NCBI GenBank assembly: GCA_963702005.1
Contig: OY969696.1
Coordinates: forward strand, 192,001 to 256,000
From: Candidatus Aminicenantes bacterium
GTDB lineage: Bacteria > Acidobacteriota > Aminicenantia > Aminicenantales > JAFGBC01
Length of the DNA: 64,000 bases
Direction of reading: 5' to 3'
Shown: piece by piece, positions 1-8,472 of the stretch
How the letters are laid out: every line of letters begins with the position of its first letter
How positions within the stretch are numbered: the first letter of the stretch is position 1
Translations under genes and position numbers: made by a program
Notes under the pieces: model-generated
What the model saw: the letters and a program-made list of their open reading frames with translations, nothing else
Told to the model about the DNA's origin: nothing
Databases searched by the model: none

Positions 1-746
1 AGATCAGCATACACTTGCGGATAGACAGCCATAATTGCCTTTGTTTCTTCTAAGTACGGCCAGCCCCCATGCATTATATAGAGTCTCAGCTTTGGATGCT
101 TAACCAACACTTCTTCAAGAAGAATTGGATTGCCATACGTTACACGGAATTTAGGACAGCATGTGTAGGGCGTTCCCGCAGGCCCCAGACCCGTATGAAC
201 TCCGACCGGGATGTCCAATTCTTCAGCGAGGGTTAGGTATGGATCGAACAGCGAATCATTCAGAGAAAGTCCAACATGTTGGGCTACCAGTTCACCTAAC
301 ACACCAAGTCGGCCTGACATAAATTGTTGCCGCAGTTGTTCCACATCCGGAAGTGAAGTCACTTCATCGAAATAGACCCCCCCGACTAGGCGTTTTGGTT
401 CTTCAGTCTTCCAGCGATACACAACGTCCAGTGGTCCACTTGTGACAGCTTTAACGATATTGTAACGGCGCATCTCTGACAGCGTTGCCAGCATAAGTTC
501 CTCATCACTTGCTGCCCCGGAAGGCCTCCCTGTAACTGGATTGGGGATGTTTGATTCGCCCATGTACTCAACGGGGTATGAGTGCATGTGCATGTCAATA
601 ATCGGAAGGTTCTTATTTGTAGCGGTTTGACAAGATATCAAACAGAGGATTCCCGCAAACCCAGAGACAATAAGTAGTAGTGTTATAATCTTCCTTTTTT
701 CTGTCAAGAAGTGTTTGTTTACTGGAGCTTTAGTTGATTGTTCCAT
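1..746 (-). CDS. Amidohydrolase_2 family lipoprotein (3' end runs off the window; absent from the ORF track)
   Basis: Manual translation from ATG 746: MEQSTKAPVNKHFLTEKRKIITLLLIVSGFAGILCLISCQ (lipobox-like LISC)...PIIDMHMH (HxH)...LGVLGEL...ELDIPVGVHTG...KHPKLRLYIMHGGWPY...PQVYADL. Open to base 1. Noticeably lower GC than its neighbours. Confidence 0.88.
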   Translation of the reverse strand, partial: MEQSTKAPVNKHFLTEKRKIITLLLIVSGFAGILCLISCQTATNKNLPIIDMHMHSYPVEYMGESNIPNPVTGRPSGAASDEELMLATLSEMRRYNIVKAVTSGPLDVVYRWKTEEPKRLVGGVYFDEVTSLPDVEQLRQQFMSGRLGVLGELVAQHVGLSLNDSLFDPYLTLAEELDIPVGVHTGLGPAGTPYTCCPKFRVTYGNPILLEEVLVKHPKLRLYIMHGGWPYLEETKAIMAVYPQVYAD

Positions 747-859
747 ATTTTTGCTCTATAGGAATTTGCTTTTTGCCTGCCCCAGTTTGCGGTTGCACTG
801 TTGCCTCGATAACCCCATCCAACTATCTTGAAGAAGTATAAATGAAAGCTCAAGACCTG

Positions 860-1252
860 TCAATTGGCCCCTTCCGCCTCTCCGATGTCGAACATCTTGC
901 AGGCGTTCCGGTGGCCGATCCGGGGGGCCAGGCGGAGTTCGTTCGAGAACCGCTCAATCGTTTCCTTGTCGGAGGCGATCTCCGGCTTGACGAGCTTCAG
1001 GGCGACTTTCTCTTTGATCTTGGTGTCGAAGACCTTATAGACCCGGCCCCTCCCCCCTTTGCCCAGCTCTTCGATGATCTGGTACCGGCCCGCTAGCGTG
1101 GAACTCATGGTCAGTTCGTGGACGGGTGTTTGAAGGGTTTCCGTCATGGCCGGAGGATAACCCTGGGACGGAGGCAGCGGGGTGCCGCATCCGGCGCAGA
1201 ATCTCGAGGTCTCGGGGTTTTCGGAATGGCAGGTCGGGCACTTGTTGGCCAA
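860..1252 (-). pseudogene. Truncated zinc-ribbon Ser/Thr protein kinase (N-lobe only)
   Basis: CPTC..FCAGCG zinc ribbon, RYQIIEELGKGGRGRVYK, VALK and helix C. Stops at FDIGEAEGAN* before HRD/DFG, where the low-GC segment begins. Confidence 0.85.
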
Positions 1253-1305
1253 GCGAGCTCCCCTACTCTAGTTTGGCCTCAGATTAACAGAGGCCTGGGC
1301 GGGAA

Positions 1306-1417
1306 GTCAAATCATCGACTCCCCGGCCTGAAGGCCGGGGCTTGTTCATGATTAACCCTGAGCCTCGCTCTCATCCCCGCCTTGAAAGGCGGGGCTTGGC
1401 GTCGGCGAACGGGTCAA
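1306..1417. repeat. Double-hairpin dispersed element, copy A (MITE/PATE-like)
   Basis: gtcaa...CCCCGGCCTGAAGGCCGGGGcttg...accctgagc...CCCCGCCTTGAAAGGCGGGGcttg...gcgtcggcgaacgggtcaa. Colinear with 37634-37744. Confidence 0.8.
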
Positions 1418-1434
1418 CCGGGGCTGATCGAAGA

Positions 1435-1464
1435 GGCGTGCCTGAGAGGATTCGAACCTCCGAC
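1435..1464 (-). other. tRNA 3'-end fragment (tRNA-Arg-like), putative att scar
   Basis: Reverse complement GTCGGAGGTTCGAATCCTCTCAGGCACGCC = T-arm (GGAGG-TTCGAAT-CCTCT), acceptor 3' strand, discriminator and CC. No D or anticodon arm upstream. Confidence 0.75.
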
Positions 1465-1607
1465 TCGAATCCCCCTGATTCACAGGGAGTCCGGGGGACA
1501 TGGAATTCGAAACCGCCTCTCTCCGTCCCTCCCCTGGTGGACTCTTGACAATTCCTTGACACCACGCTGACAACTCCCCGGGCCGCGAGAAGTATCTTCT
1601 TCTCGGA

Positions 1608-2489
1608 ATGAAGATCGAGGAGGTTGGAGTCATGATCGGACGAGAAATCCCGAGCGCGGAAAAGCGGCCTCGCCGGGCACGGACCCTTCGCCGACGTTTG
1701 ACCCTTCTTGTTCTCGCGGTCTCCCTTGCGCACTCGGTGCCCGCTGCGAATATCCCTGCCGAACCCAATATATGCCCTTTCCAAAACGGCGAGGTCCTTC
1801 GCTACAAGGTCAAATGGGGCTTCATCCGACTCGCGACGATCGAGTTGTCCCAGAAGGCTCTCGGTCCTGCGCTGCCCGCTACGTATGAAGTCCTGCTCAA
1901 GGTCAAGGAGACACGGCTCAAAAGCACCCTGAATCCCTCCTCGCTCGCCAGCCAGGTCTTTCTCCAGGAAGAGGGCGGGGAGAGGACGCGACGCGTGACC
2001 TGTCGTTACGAGCCGGACAGCGGCCTGATCGCCATGGAGGAGCTGGAAGCCGAGCGGGTGATCGTCCAGAAAACAGTTCCCTTTGAGGGCGTTTACGTTG
2101 ACCTGGTCGGGCTCATCATGGCCATGAGGAGCTTTTGCTCTTCCTCCGCCCGCGTTTCCCTGCCCACCGTCGTGGGCTGCGCCCTGGGGTCGACGGACCT
2201 CAGGTTCGCCGCGGACGTTCAACCCATCAAGTTCGGAATCTTTCAGCAGGCTGTGCGCGCCCGCTACATGACGGGCCGGACCGATTGGAAGGCCCTGGGC
2301 GGAGTCAGCGGCCCGATCGAGGCCTGGCTCAGCGACGACGCGGCGGCCGTGCCCTTGAAGATTCGGCTGAATTCGTCCTTGGGTCGGGTGACCCTGGAGC
2401 TCGAAGCCATTCAGCGGCTCGACTGGCCGTCGGCCCCCGCCACGTCTCCGGCCGGTTCAACCGCCAGGGGGGAGGCCTTTCAACCATGA
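1608..2489 (+). CDS. DUF3108-like exported protein
   Basis: Signal-like hydrophobic stretch; PFQNGEVLRYKVKWGFIRLA and EAWLSDDAAAVPLKIRL..LGRVTLEL motifs; ATGA overlap with the next gene. Confidence 0.75.
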   Translation: MKIEEVGVMIGREIPSAEKRPRRARTLRRRLTLLVLAVSLAHSVPAANIPAEPNICPFQNGEVLRYKVKWGFIRLATIELSQKALGPALPATYEVLLKVKETRLKSTLNPSSLASQVFLQEEGGERTRRVTCRYEPDSGLIAMEELEAERVIVQKTVPFEGVYVDLVGLIMAMRSFCSSSARVSLPTVVGCALGSTDLRFAADVQPIKFGIFQQAVRARYMTGRTDWKALGGVSGPIEAWLSDDAAAVPLKIRLNSSLGRVTLELEAIQRLDWPSAPATSPAGSTARGEAFQP

Positions 2490-3538
2490 AAATCTTTCTC
2501 ACCGGAGCCACGGGATTCATCGGGATTCCGCTGACGCATTTTCTCGCCGGTCTCGGCCATTCCGTCCGACTTCTTTCCCGACCGACATCGGACCTCACGC
2601 CCTTCGCCGGCCTGCCGGTCGAAGTCCGGACCGGAGATATCTTGGACGAGGGCAGCCTCAACGACGCCCTACAGGGCTGCGATGCTGTCTTCCATCTGGC
2701 CGGCTACGCCAAGAACTGGGCCAGGGACCCGGGAACCTTTTTCCGCGTCAACGTTCTCGGCCTGCGGAATGTTTTGGAGGCGGCCCGGCGAAACAACGTT
2801 CCGCGGACCGTCTTCACGTCGACGTCGGTGACCTTCGGACCTTCGTCGGGCCGGCCGGTTACGGAAAGCGATGTTCGGAGCGTCGCTTTCTTCACCGAAT
2901 ACGAGCGGACGAAATACCTGGCCGAGCAGGAAGCCGTCCGCCATGTCCGCTCCGGCCTGGATGTCGTCATGGTCAATCCCACCCGCGTGTTCGGCCCGGG
3001 CGCCCTGACCGAATCCAATTCGGTCACCAAGATGATCCATCTCTATCTGCACGGACAATGGCGCCTCATACTGGGAAGCGGCCGGGCCGTGGGGAACTAC
3101 GGCTTTATCGACGACGTGGTGAAAGGACACTGGCTGGCCCTGCAACACGGCCGGCCGGGAGAAAAATACATCCTGGGGGGAGACAACCTGGATTATGCGG
3201 GCTTTTTCCGAACGCTCGCTTCCGTTTCCGGGTGCCGCCGGCGGATGGCCCATATCCCGCCGCAGTTGGCCTTGGCCGTGTCCAAACTCGAGGCCCTGCG
3301 GGCTTCGCGGTTCGGCCGCTACCCCTTGATCACGCCCTCCTGGCTGAGAACGTTCCTGGCCGACTGGGCTTTTTCTTCGGAAAAAGCGCAACGGGAACTG
3401 GGCTACCGAACGACACCTTTCGCCCGGGCGGTTGAAGAGACCGTCCGCTGGCTGCGTCCCTCGTCAATGCCTCAAAGGAGCGCCGACCATGAAAGCCTGG
3501 ATCGATTTCCTGAACCCGTCCACCCTGTGCAGGTCTGA
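2486..3538 (+). CDS. NAD-dependent epimerase/dehydratase (extended SDR, HpnA-like)
   Basis: MKIFLTGATGFIG, VFHLAG, YERTK (YxxxK). Start moved to ATG 2486, which overlaps the upstream stop. Confidence 0.9.
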   Translation: MKIFLTGATGFIGIPLTHFLAGLGHSVRLLSRPTSDLTPFAGLPVEVRTGDILDEGSLNDALQGCDAVFHLAGYAKNWARDPGTFFRVNVLGLRNVLEAARRNNVPRTVFTSTSVTFGPSSGRPVTESDVRSVAFFTEYERTKYLAEQEAVRHVRSGLDVVMVNPTRVFGPGALTESNSVTKMIHLYLHGQWRLILGSGRAVGNYGFIDDVVKGHWLALQHGRPGEKYILGGDNLDYAGFFRTLASVSGCRRRMAHIPPQLALAVSKLEALRASRFGRYPLITPSWLRTFLADWAFSSEKAQRELGYRTTPFARAVEETVRWLRPSSMPQRSADHESLDRFPEPVHPVQV

Positions 3539-4202
3539 GGACATCAAACCCTCGGTCATCCTGCTCCTGGGCGCACTCGTCCCCACACTCCACCGCTATT
3601 TCGGCTCGATGGAGTTCGCGGGCCACGCCTTGAACACGCCGAGCGAGTTCTCGGCGGCCGCCTATATGTTCGTGACGGCCGGGCTCCTGTTCGGGGTCCT
3701 GCCGCTCCTCGTCGTTCGTTTGATCTTCAAAGAGCCGTGGCGGAATTTCGGCCTCGGGCTCGGCCGCTGGCGGGAAGGGCTCGTTCTCGCCGGCATCCTC
3801 TTCGTCGTCATCGCCGCGACGCTCCTCCTCCCGTCTTCCCAGACTGCGGAGATGAAGGCCTGCTATCCGTTCGATAAAAGCGCCGGCGGTTCGCTCTTCG
3901 CCTTCCTGCGGCTGGAGCTTTTCCGCGGCGTCTTCTTCTACACGGCCTGGGAGTTCTTTTTCCGCGGCTTCATGCTCTTCGGCTTGAGGCCCTACCTGGG
4001 CGATTGGCTGGCCGTCTGCGTCCAGACCATTCCGTCCTGCCTGTGGCACATCGGCCTGCCGACGGGGGAGATCTTCGCCTCGATCGCCGCGGGGATTCTG
4101 TTCGGCGTCCTGGCTCTCAAAACAAAGTCGATCTGGTGGGTTTGCCTGCTTCATTTTTTAATTGGCTTCGGGACCGACGGACTCATCGTCCTCACGTCCT
4201 GA
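3489..4202 (+). CDS. CPBP (Abi/CAAX) family intramembrane protein
   Basis: WEFFFRGFMLFGL, LWHIG.P..E and KSIWWVCLLH motifs; multiple TM helices. Confidence 0.85.
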   Translation: MKAWIDFLNPSTLCRSEDIKPSVILLLGALVPTLHRYFGSMEFAGHALNTPSEFSAAAYMFVTAGLLFGVLPLLVVRLIFKEPWRNFGLGLGRWREGLVLAGILFVVIAATLLLPSSQTAEMKACYPFDKSAGGSLFAFLRLELFRGVFFYTAWEFFFRGFMLFGLRPYLGDWLAVCVQTIPSCLWHIGLPTGEIFASIAAGILFGVLALKTKSIWWVCLLHFLIGFGTDGLIVLTS

Positions 4203-4230
4203 GAGACGCGCGGCTAAAAGGAGGAACATC

Positions 4231-5214
4231 ATGAACATCCTGGTCACGGGGGGAACGGGGTTTATCGGGAGTCATCTCGTCGAGGCGCTCGTCCAGGAGG
4301 GTCATCGGGTGCGGACGGTGGCCAAGGACAACCGGAATGCCGGGGTCCTGGAATCCCTCGGCGTCGAGGTCGTGATCGGCGACCTGAACAACGGTTTGGC
4401 CTGGGCGCCGCTCTTCGACGGCGTCGAGTGCGTCTACCATCTGGCCGGCGTCACGCGGGCCAGGACCAACCGGGAATATTACGAAGGGAACTTCCTGGCG
4501 ACCAAGAAATTCCTCGGCGTGTGCGCGGAAAATACCAAGGGGCTCCGGAGGTTCGTTTTCGTCAGCAGTCAGGCGGCCGCCGGGCCGTCGCCGGACGGGA
4601 GGCCGCTGACGGAGGACGCCCCGTGTCATCCGGTCTCGGATTACGGCTGGAGCAAGATGCTCGCCGAGCAGGAGGTCTGGAAATTCCGGGACGCGTTTCC
4701 GGTGACGATCATCCGGCCTGCGGCCGTCTACGGCCCCCGCGACCGGGACATGCTCCAGCTCTTCATGATCATCAAAAAACGTTTCCAGCCCGTGATCGGC
4801 TTCGGCCGGAAATGGCTTAACGTCGTCCATGTCCGGGACGCGGTCGCGGGACTGGTTCTTGCCGGCCGCCACCCCGGCGCCGAGGACGAGCTGTTCTTTA
4901 TCGGAAGCGAGCGCGCCGTCACCACGGACGAGCTCGGCCGTTCGATCGCCAACGCCCTAGAGTCGGCGCCGATCCGGATGCCTGTACCCCACTGGGTCGC
5001 CTACGCCGTCGGAGCCGTGACCGAGAGCCTGGGAAGGGTCGCCGGGCGGCAGGTTCTTTTCAACCTCCAGAAAGTCCGGGAGTCGGTCCAGAAGGCTTGG
5101 CTCCTGTCCGTCGAGAAGGCCGGGGCGCGGCTCGGCTTCCGAAGCCGGGTCCCGCTGGCGGAGGGGATGAAAGAGACTTGCGCCTGGTACGTCGCGAACG
5201 GGTGGCTGAACTAG
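4231..5214 (+). CDS. NAD-dependent epimerase/dehydratase (extended SDR)
   Basis: RBS aggagg; MNILVTGGTGFIG, VSSQAA, YGWSK, RPAAVYGPRD. Confidence 0.9.
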   Translation: MNILVTGGTGFIGSHLVEALVQEGHRVRTVAKDNRNAGVLESLGVEVVIGDLNNGLAWAPLFDGVECVYHLAGVTRARTNREYYEGNFLATKKFLGVCAENTKGLRRFVFVSSQAAAGPSPDGRPLTEDAPCHPVSDYGWSKMLAEQEVWKFRDAFPVTIIRPAAVYGPRDRDMLQLFMIIKKRFQPVIGFGRKWLNVVHVRDAVAGLVLAGRHPGAEDELFFIGSERAVTTDELGRSIANALESAPIRMPVPHWVAYAVGAVTESLGRVAGRQVLFNLQKVRESVQKAWLLSVEKAGARLGFRSRVPLAEGMKETCAWYVANGWLN

Positions 5215-5225
5215 GGCGACATACC

Positions 5226-6248
5226 ATGAAAAACATGATGGGCCGACAGCCAACCGAGAAGGGAATCACATTGCAGAGGGCGGCCTTCCCCGCTACTCTG
5301 CCCTGGGAACCGAAGGGGCTTTTATCTCCCTGGCTGGCGACAAAGAAGGCCGTCGCGGCGCGCTATGGGCATGTCCGCTGGCGGGTCATGGATATGACCT
5401 GCGTCGGCTATACGGCGCTTATCGGCGCCCTGCTCCTTGTCTTTCACCGAGGGGTGCTCAACTGGCCGCGGCACGTCGCTATCCATCTTCTTTTGGTCCT
5501 CGGCTTCCTGGAGGTCATTCGGGCCGGGGAGAAGACGCCTCGGCGGCCATGGCTTTGGGCGCTGCGGACCTTCTACCCCGTGATCCTCGTTTTTTACGGG
5601 TGGAAGGAGCTGGGGGCTCTGCAGGTCATGTTCTACGGCGATTATTGGGCGACCGGCACGATCATGGACCTGGACAAGCTGCTCTTCGGCGTTCATCCGA
5701 CGGTCTGGGTGCAGAAGTTCTACCGGCCGTGGCTGGACGAAACCATCAAGGTCTCCTATTTCGGATACTACCTGTTCCTCCCCGTCGTCACCGTCACCCT
5801 GTACCTCAAAAAGAAGAAGGAGGCGGCGCTCGCGGCGTTTTCCATCATCACCTGCTCTTACCTGGCGAATTTCATCCTTTTCTACCTGTTTCCGGTCATC
5901 AACCCGGATCTTGTCCCCGAAATCCAGGCTTTGACGACCCGCGCGCATTCCGGCTATCTCATCGCGAAGATCCTGCCGCGCGTCATCGGCACCGCCTGGA
6001 TCCCGGGCGGCGCCTTCCCGTCCTCCCATGTGAGCGGCGCGCTCGTTTGGTCTCTCGTGGCCGCGCGCTATTTGAAGAAATTGCGTTATATAATGCTCCC
6101 GATGACGGTCGGCGTCGCCGTGGCGACGGTTTATCTCGGATACCATCATGCCTTAGACCCGATCTTCGGGTTCATAGTGGGCGGAGTTGGCTTTGCCCTC
6201 GGTCTGAGGTGGGTCAAAAGTCGCGGCGAAGACCCGCTGACTCGATGA
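5226..6248 (+). CDS. PAP2-superfamily membrane phosphotransferase (AUR1/IPC-synthase-like)
   Basis: DLDKLLFGVHP, YLFPVINP, GAFPSSH and ATVYLGYHHALD motifs; multiple TM helices. Confidence 0.82.
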   Translation: MKNMMGRQPTEKGITLQRAAFPATLPWEPKGLLSPWLATKKAVAARYGHVRWRVMDMTCVGYTALIGALLLVFHRGVLNWPRHVAIHLLLVLGFLEVIRAGEKTPRRPWLWALRTFYPVILVFYGWKELGALQVMFYGDYWATGTIMDLDKLLFGVHPTVWVQKFYRPWLDETIKVSYFGYYLFLPVVTVTLYLKKKKEAALAAFSIITCSYLANFILFYLFPVINPDLVPEIQALTTRAHSGYLIAKILPRVIGTAWIPGGAFPSSHVSGALVWSLVAARYLKKLRYIMLPMTVGVAVATVYLGYHHALDPIFGFIVGGVGFALGLRWVKSRGEDPLTR

Positions 6249-6264
6249 ACGGGAAGGCGCAGCT

Positions 6265-6294
6265 GTCAGAGGTTCAAATCCTCGATCGCCCGCC
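6265..6294 (+). other. Degenerate tRNA 3'-end fragment (tRNA-Val-like), putative att scar
   Basis: GTCAGAGGTTCAAATCCTCGATCGCCCGCC = T-arm plus acceptor strand ATCGCCC plus CC; no 5' half. Confidence 0.6.
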
Positions 6295-6353
6295 TTTCTC
6301 AATTCAACGTCTTCCCGCATCTTCAGACGTCCCCGTTCATGATGCCGGATCGA

Positions 6354-7247
6354 TCATTCCCTCAACAGCCAGCGCAGGGCGTTCTTCTGAAGTTTCACGT
6401 ATTCCGGGTTCCAGAAGCCGGGGATGGTATGCCCCGGGGCCATGAAGCAAACGCGCCCCCGGCCGTATTCGTAGGCCCAGCAGGCTTCGCAGCTGGCCCC
6501 TTGGTTCCCGTACTTGTCCGTCGAGAACTCCAGCCCCTCCTGGTTGACGCTCCGGACCAGGACATCCTTGGGATCCTTGTCATAGATCACGTAGTGCTGT
6601 TCCTCGGTCACCACGAAATCCTTCACGCCCCGCGTGATGGGGTGGTCGCCGTTCACGATCTTCATTTTGTAAGGGCGGAACGGCGTATGGCCCGTGAACA
6701 GCGCCCCTTCCACGTGACGGAAATCATCGTTCGTTCCGGAGATGTAGCTGGCGTTGTGAAAGAACCAGGCCGAGCCTCCCCCTTCCACGAAGCCGCGGAT
6801 GGCCCGTCCCTGTTCCAGAGTGAGCCACATCACGGGCTGCTCGTCGAGCTTGGGGAGCGGCGGATCGCTCACGAACGTCATCTTCTCCGGGTCCATGAAA
6901 GGATACGGCGCGGTGTATCCTCCGGGAAAGGTCATGCCGTCGCAGAGCATGATCAGCAGACGATGCGCGGCGAGGGTTTCGGCCGTGAGCAGGCCGCTAT
7001 CCGGCGTGAAAGTGACGCTGACGCCCGATTCGTTGACCAATGTCCTGGTCAAGGCCGTCCGGATGTAATCGAAGCTGTGCCAGCGATCGCCGACCAGGGC
7101 GAAGACGTCGGCTTTGCTGGCGCCGGCCTGGCCGGCCTCGCCCCGGGCGCCAAACGGGGAGAGCGCCGTTCCTAGCGCGGATGCCGCTCCGACGATTCCC
7201 AGCCTGCCGATGGCCGAGCGCCGAGATAAAAGTTTGGCATTCTTCAT
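6354..7247 (-). CDS. Tat-exported ThuA-like (class I glutamine amidotransferase-like) protein
   Basis: LSRRSAI Tat signal; GDRWH, FVEGGG..FFHNA, HPITRG, YGRGRVCFMAPGH. Confidence 0.85.
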   Translation of the reverse strand: MKNAKLLSRRSAIGRLGIVGAASALGTALSPFGARGEAGQAGASKADVFALVGDRWHSFDYIRTALTRTLVNESGVSVTFTPDSGLLTAETLAAHRLLIMLCDGMTFPGGYTAPYPFMDPEKMTFVSDPPLPKLDEQPVMWLTLEQGRAIRGFVEGGGSAWFFHNASYISGTNDDFRHVEGALFTGHTPFRPYKMKIVNGDHPITRGVKDFVVTEEQHYVIYDKDPKDVLVRSVNQEGLEFSTDKYGNQGASCEACWAYEYGRGRVCFMAPGHTIPGFWNPEYVKLQKNALRWLLRE

Positions 7248-7275
7248 GGTTGACCCTCCGGTCGAAGAAACATTT

Positions 7276-8472
7276 TTAATGTGCTTGGGGACGGACGCTT
7301 TCCCCCGGCGTCGCTCGGACCGGGCGCCAGCGCCACCATCCGGCGAGGAGCGACCCCGAGACGTTCATCCACGGCCCGAAGATGGCCGGGGCGAGCGCCG
7401 CGCTGGTGCTTTTGAGGACGTCGACCGCGATCCCCGAGGCCATGCCCCCGTTCTGCATCCCGACCTCCATGGCCACGGCGCGGCAGGCGCTCTCGTCGAG
7501 CCGCGCCAGGCGCGCCCCCGCGTACCCCAGGCCGTAGCCGGTCCCGTTGTGAACGATCGCCGCCAGGATCAAGAGCGGCCCCACGGAGAGAAGCTGGTCC
7601 CGGGACTGGGCGGTGATGATGGCGATGATGAAGCAGATGCCAGCCATGGACACGACGGGCAGGGTTTTATCCATCCAATTCGCCGGGCCTTTGAGCATGA
7701 TGGTGATGATGAGCTTGGCCAGTGCGGTGACGCCCAGGAGGAGGAAGCCCAGGAGGACGCCGTGTTTGAGGACGGCGAGCCCTCCCCACCAGCGGGTAGG
7801 CGTCGCCGCCGCGGCGGCGGCCAGAGCGAGGAACGCCGGCGCGGAGATCGTGAGCAGGACCGCCGGGTTCGCCCGTTTTTTCGTCCCGTAAAGCAGGCGG
7901 TTGGCGCCGAGCCCGGCAACGATGGGGATGATGATCATGTTGAAGATGGACAGCATCATGCGCACGAAGGGCACGGGAACGAGCCTGCCGGCCAGGATCT
8001 TCATCCAGAACGGCGTCACGAACGGCGAAAGGAGGGTCGTCAAGGCCGTGATCGTCACCGAGAGGGGCACGTTGCCGCCGGCGAGATAGGTCATGACGTT
8101 CGAGGCGACGCCGCTCGAGACCGAGCCGATGAGGATGACGCCGGCGGCGACCTCGGGCGGAAAGCCGAACGTCATGGCGATCGTGAAGCCGACGAGCGGC
8201 ATGATAATGAACTGAAGGGCGACGCCGATGAAGACGGGCCAGGGCATCGTGAGGACGTTCCGGAAATCCTTGCCGCTCAGGGTCGTGCCCATGCCGAAGG
8301 TGATGACCTGAATGAGCGGGACGATCAGGACCGTCAGGTCCGTTCCGAACCAGGAGCGGAAGGCCGCCGGAAAGCTCATCGAGGCGGCGACGGCGACGAG
8401 GACCCAGAGGGTGAAGGCGTACTTCTTGTAAAAGCGCCGGAGACCGTGGCTTTGCGGCTCGTCGGTATTCAT
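7276..8472 (-). CDS. Bile acid:sodium symporter (BASS) family transporter
   Basis: FGMGTTL, GVALQFIIMPL, GVASNVMTYLAGGNVPLS, EVGMQNGGMA. Confidence 0.92.
   Translation of the reverse strand: MNTDEPQSHGLRRFYKKYAFTLWVLVAVAASMSFPAAFRSWFGTDLTVLIVPLIQVITFGMGTTLSGKDFRNVLTMPWPVFIGVALQFIIMPLVGFTIAMTFGFPPEVAAGVILIGSVSSGVASNVMTYLAGGNVPLSVTITALTTLLSPFVTPFWMKILAGRLVPVPFVRMMLSIFNMIIIPIVAGLGANRLLYGTKKRANPAVLLTISAPAFLALAAAAAATPTRWWGGLAVLKHGVLLGFLLLGVTALAKLIITIMLKGPANWMDKTLPVVSMAGICFIIAIITAQSRDQLLSVGPLLILAAIVHNGTGYGLGYAGARLARLDESACRAVAMEVGMQNGGMASGIAVDVLKSTSAALAPAIFGPWMNVSGSLLAGWWRWRPVRATPGESVRPQAH

Noticed and set aside
386-598. 70-aa ORF from the track
   Set aside because: Alternative frame inside the amidohydrolase gene (1-746).
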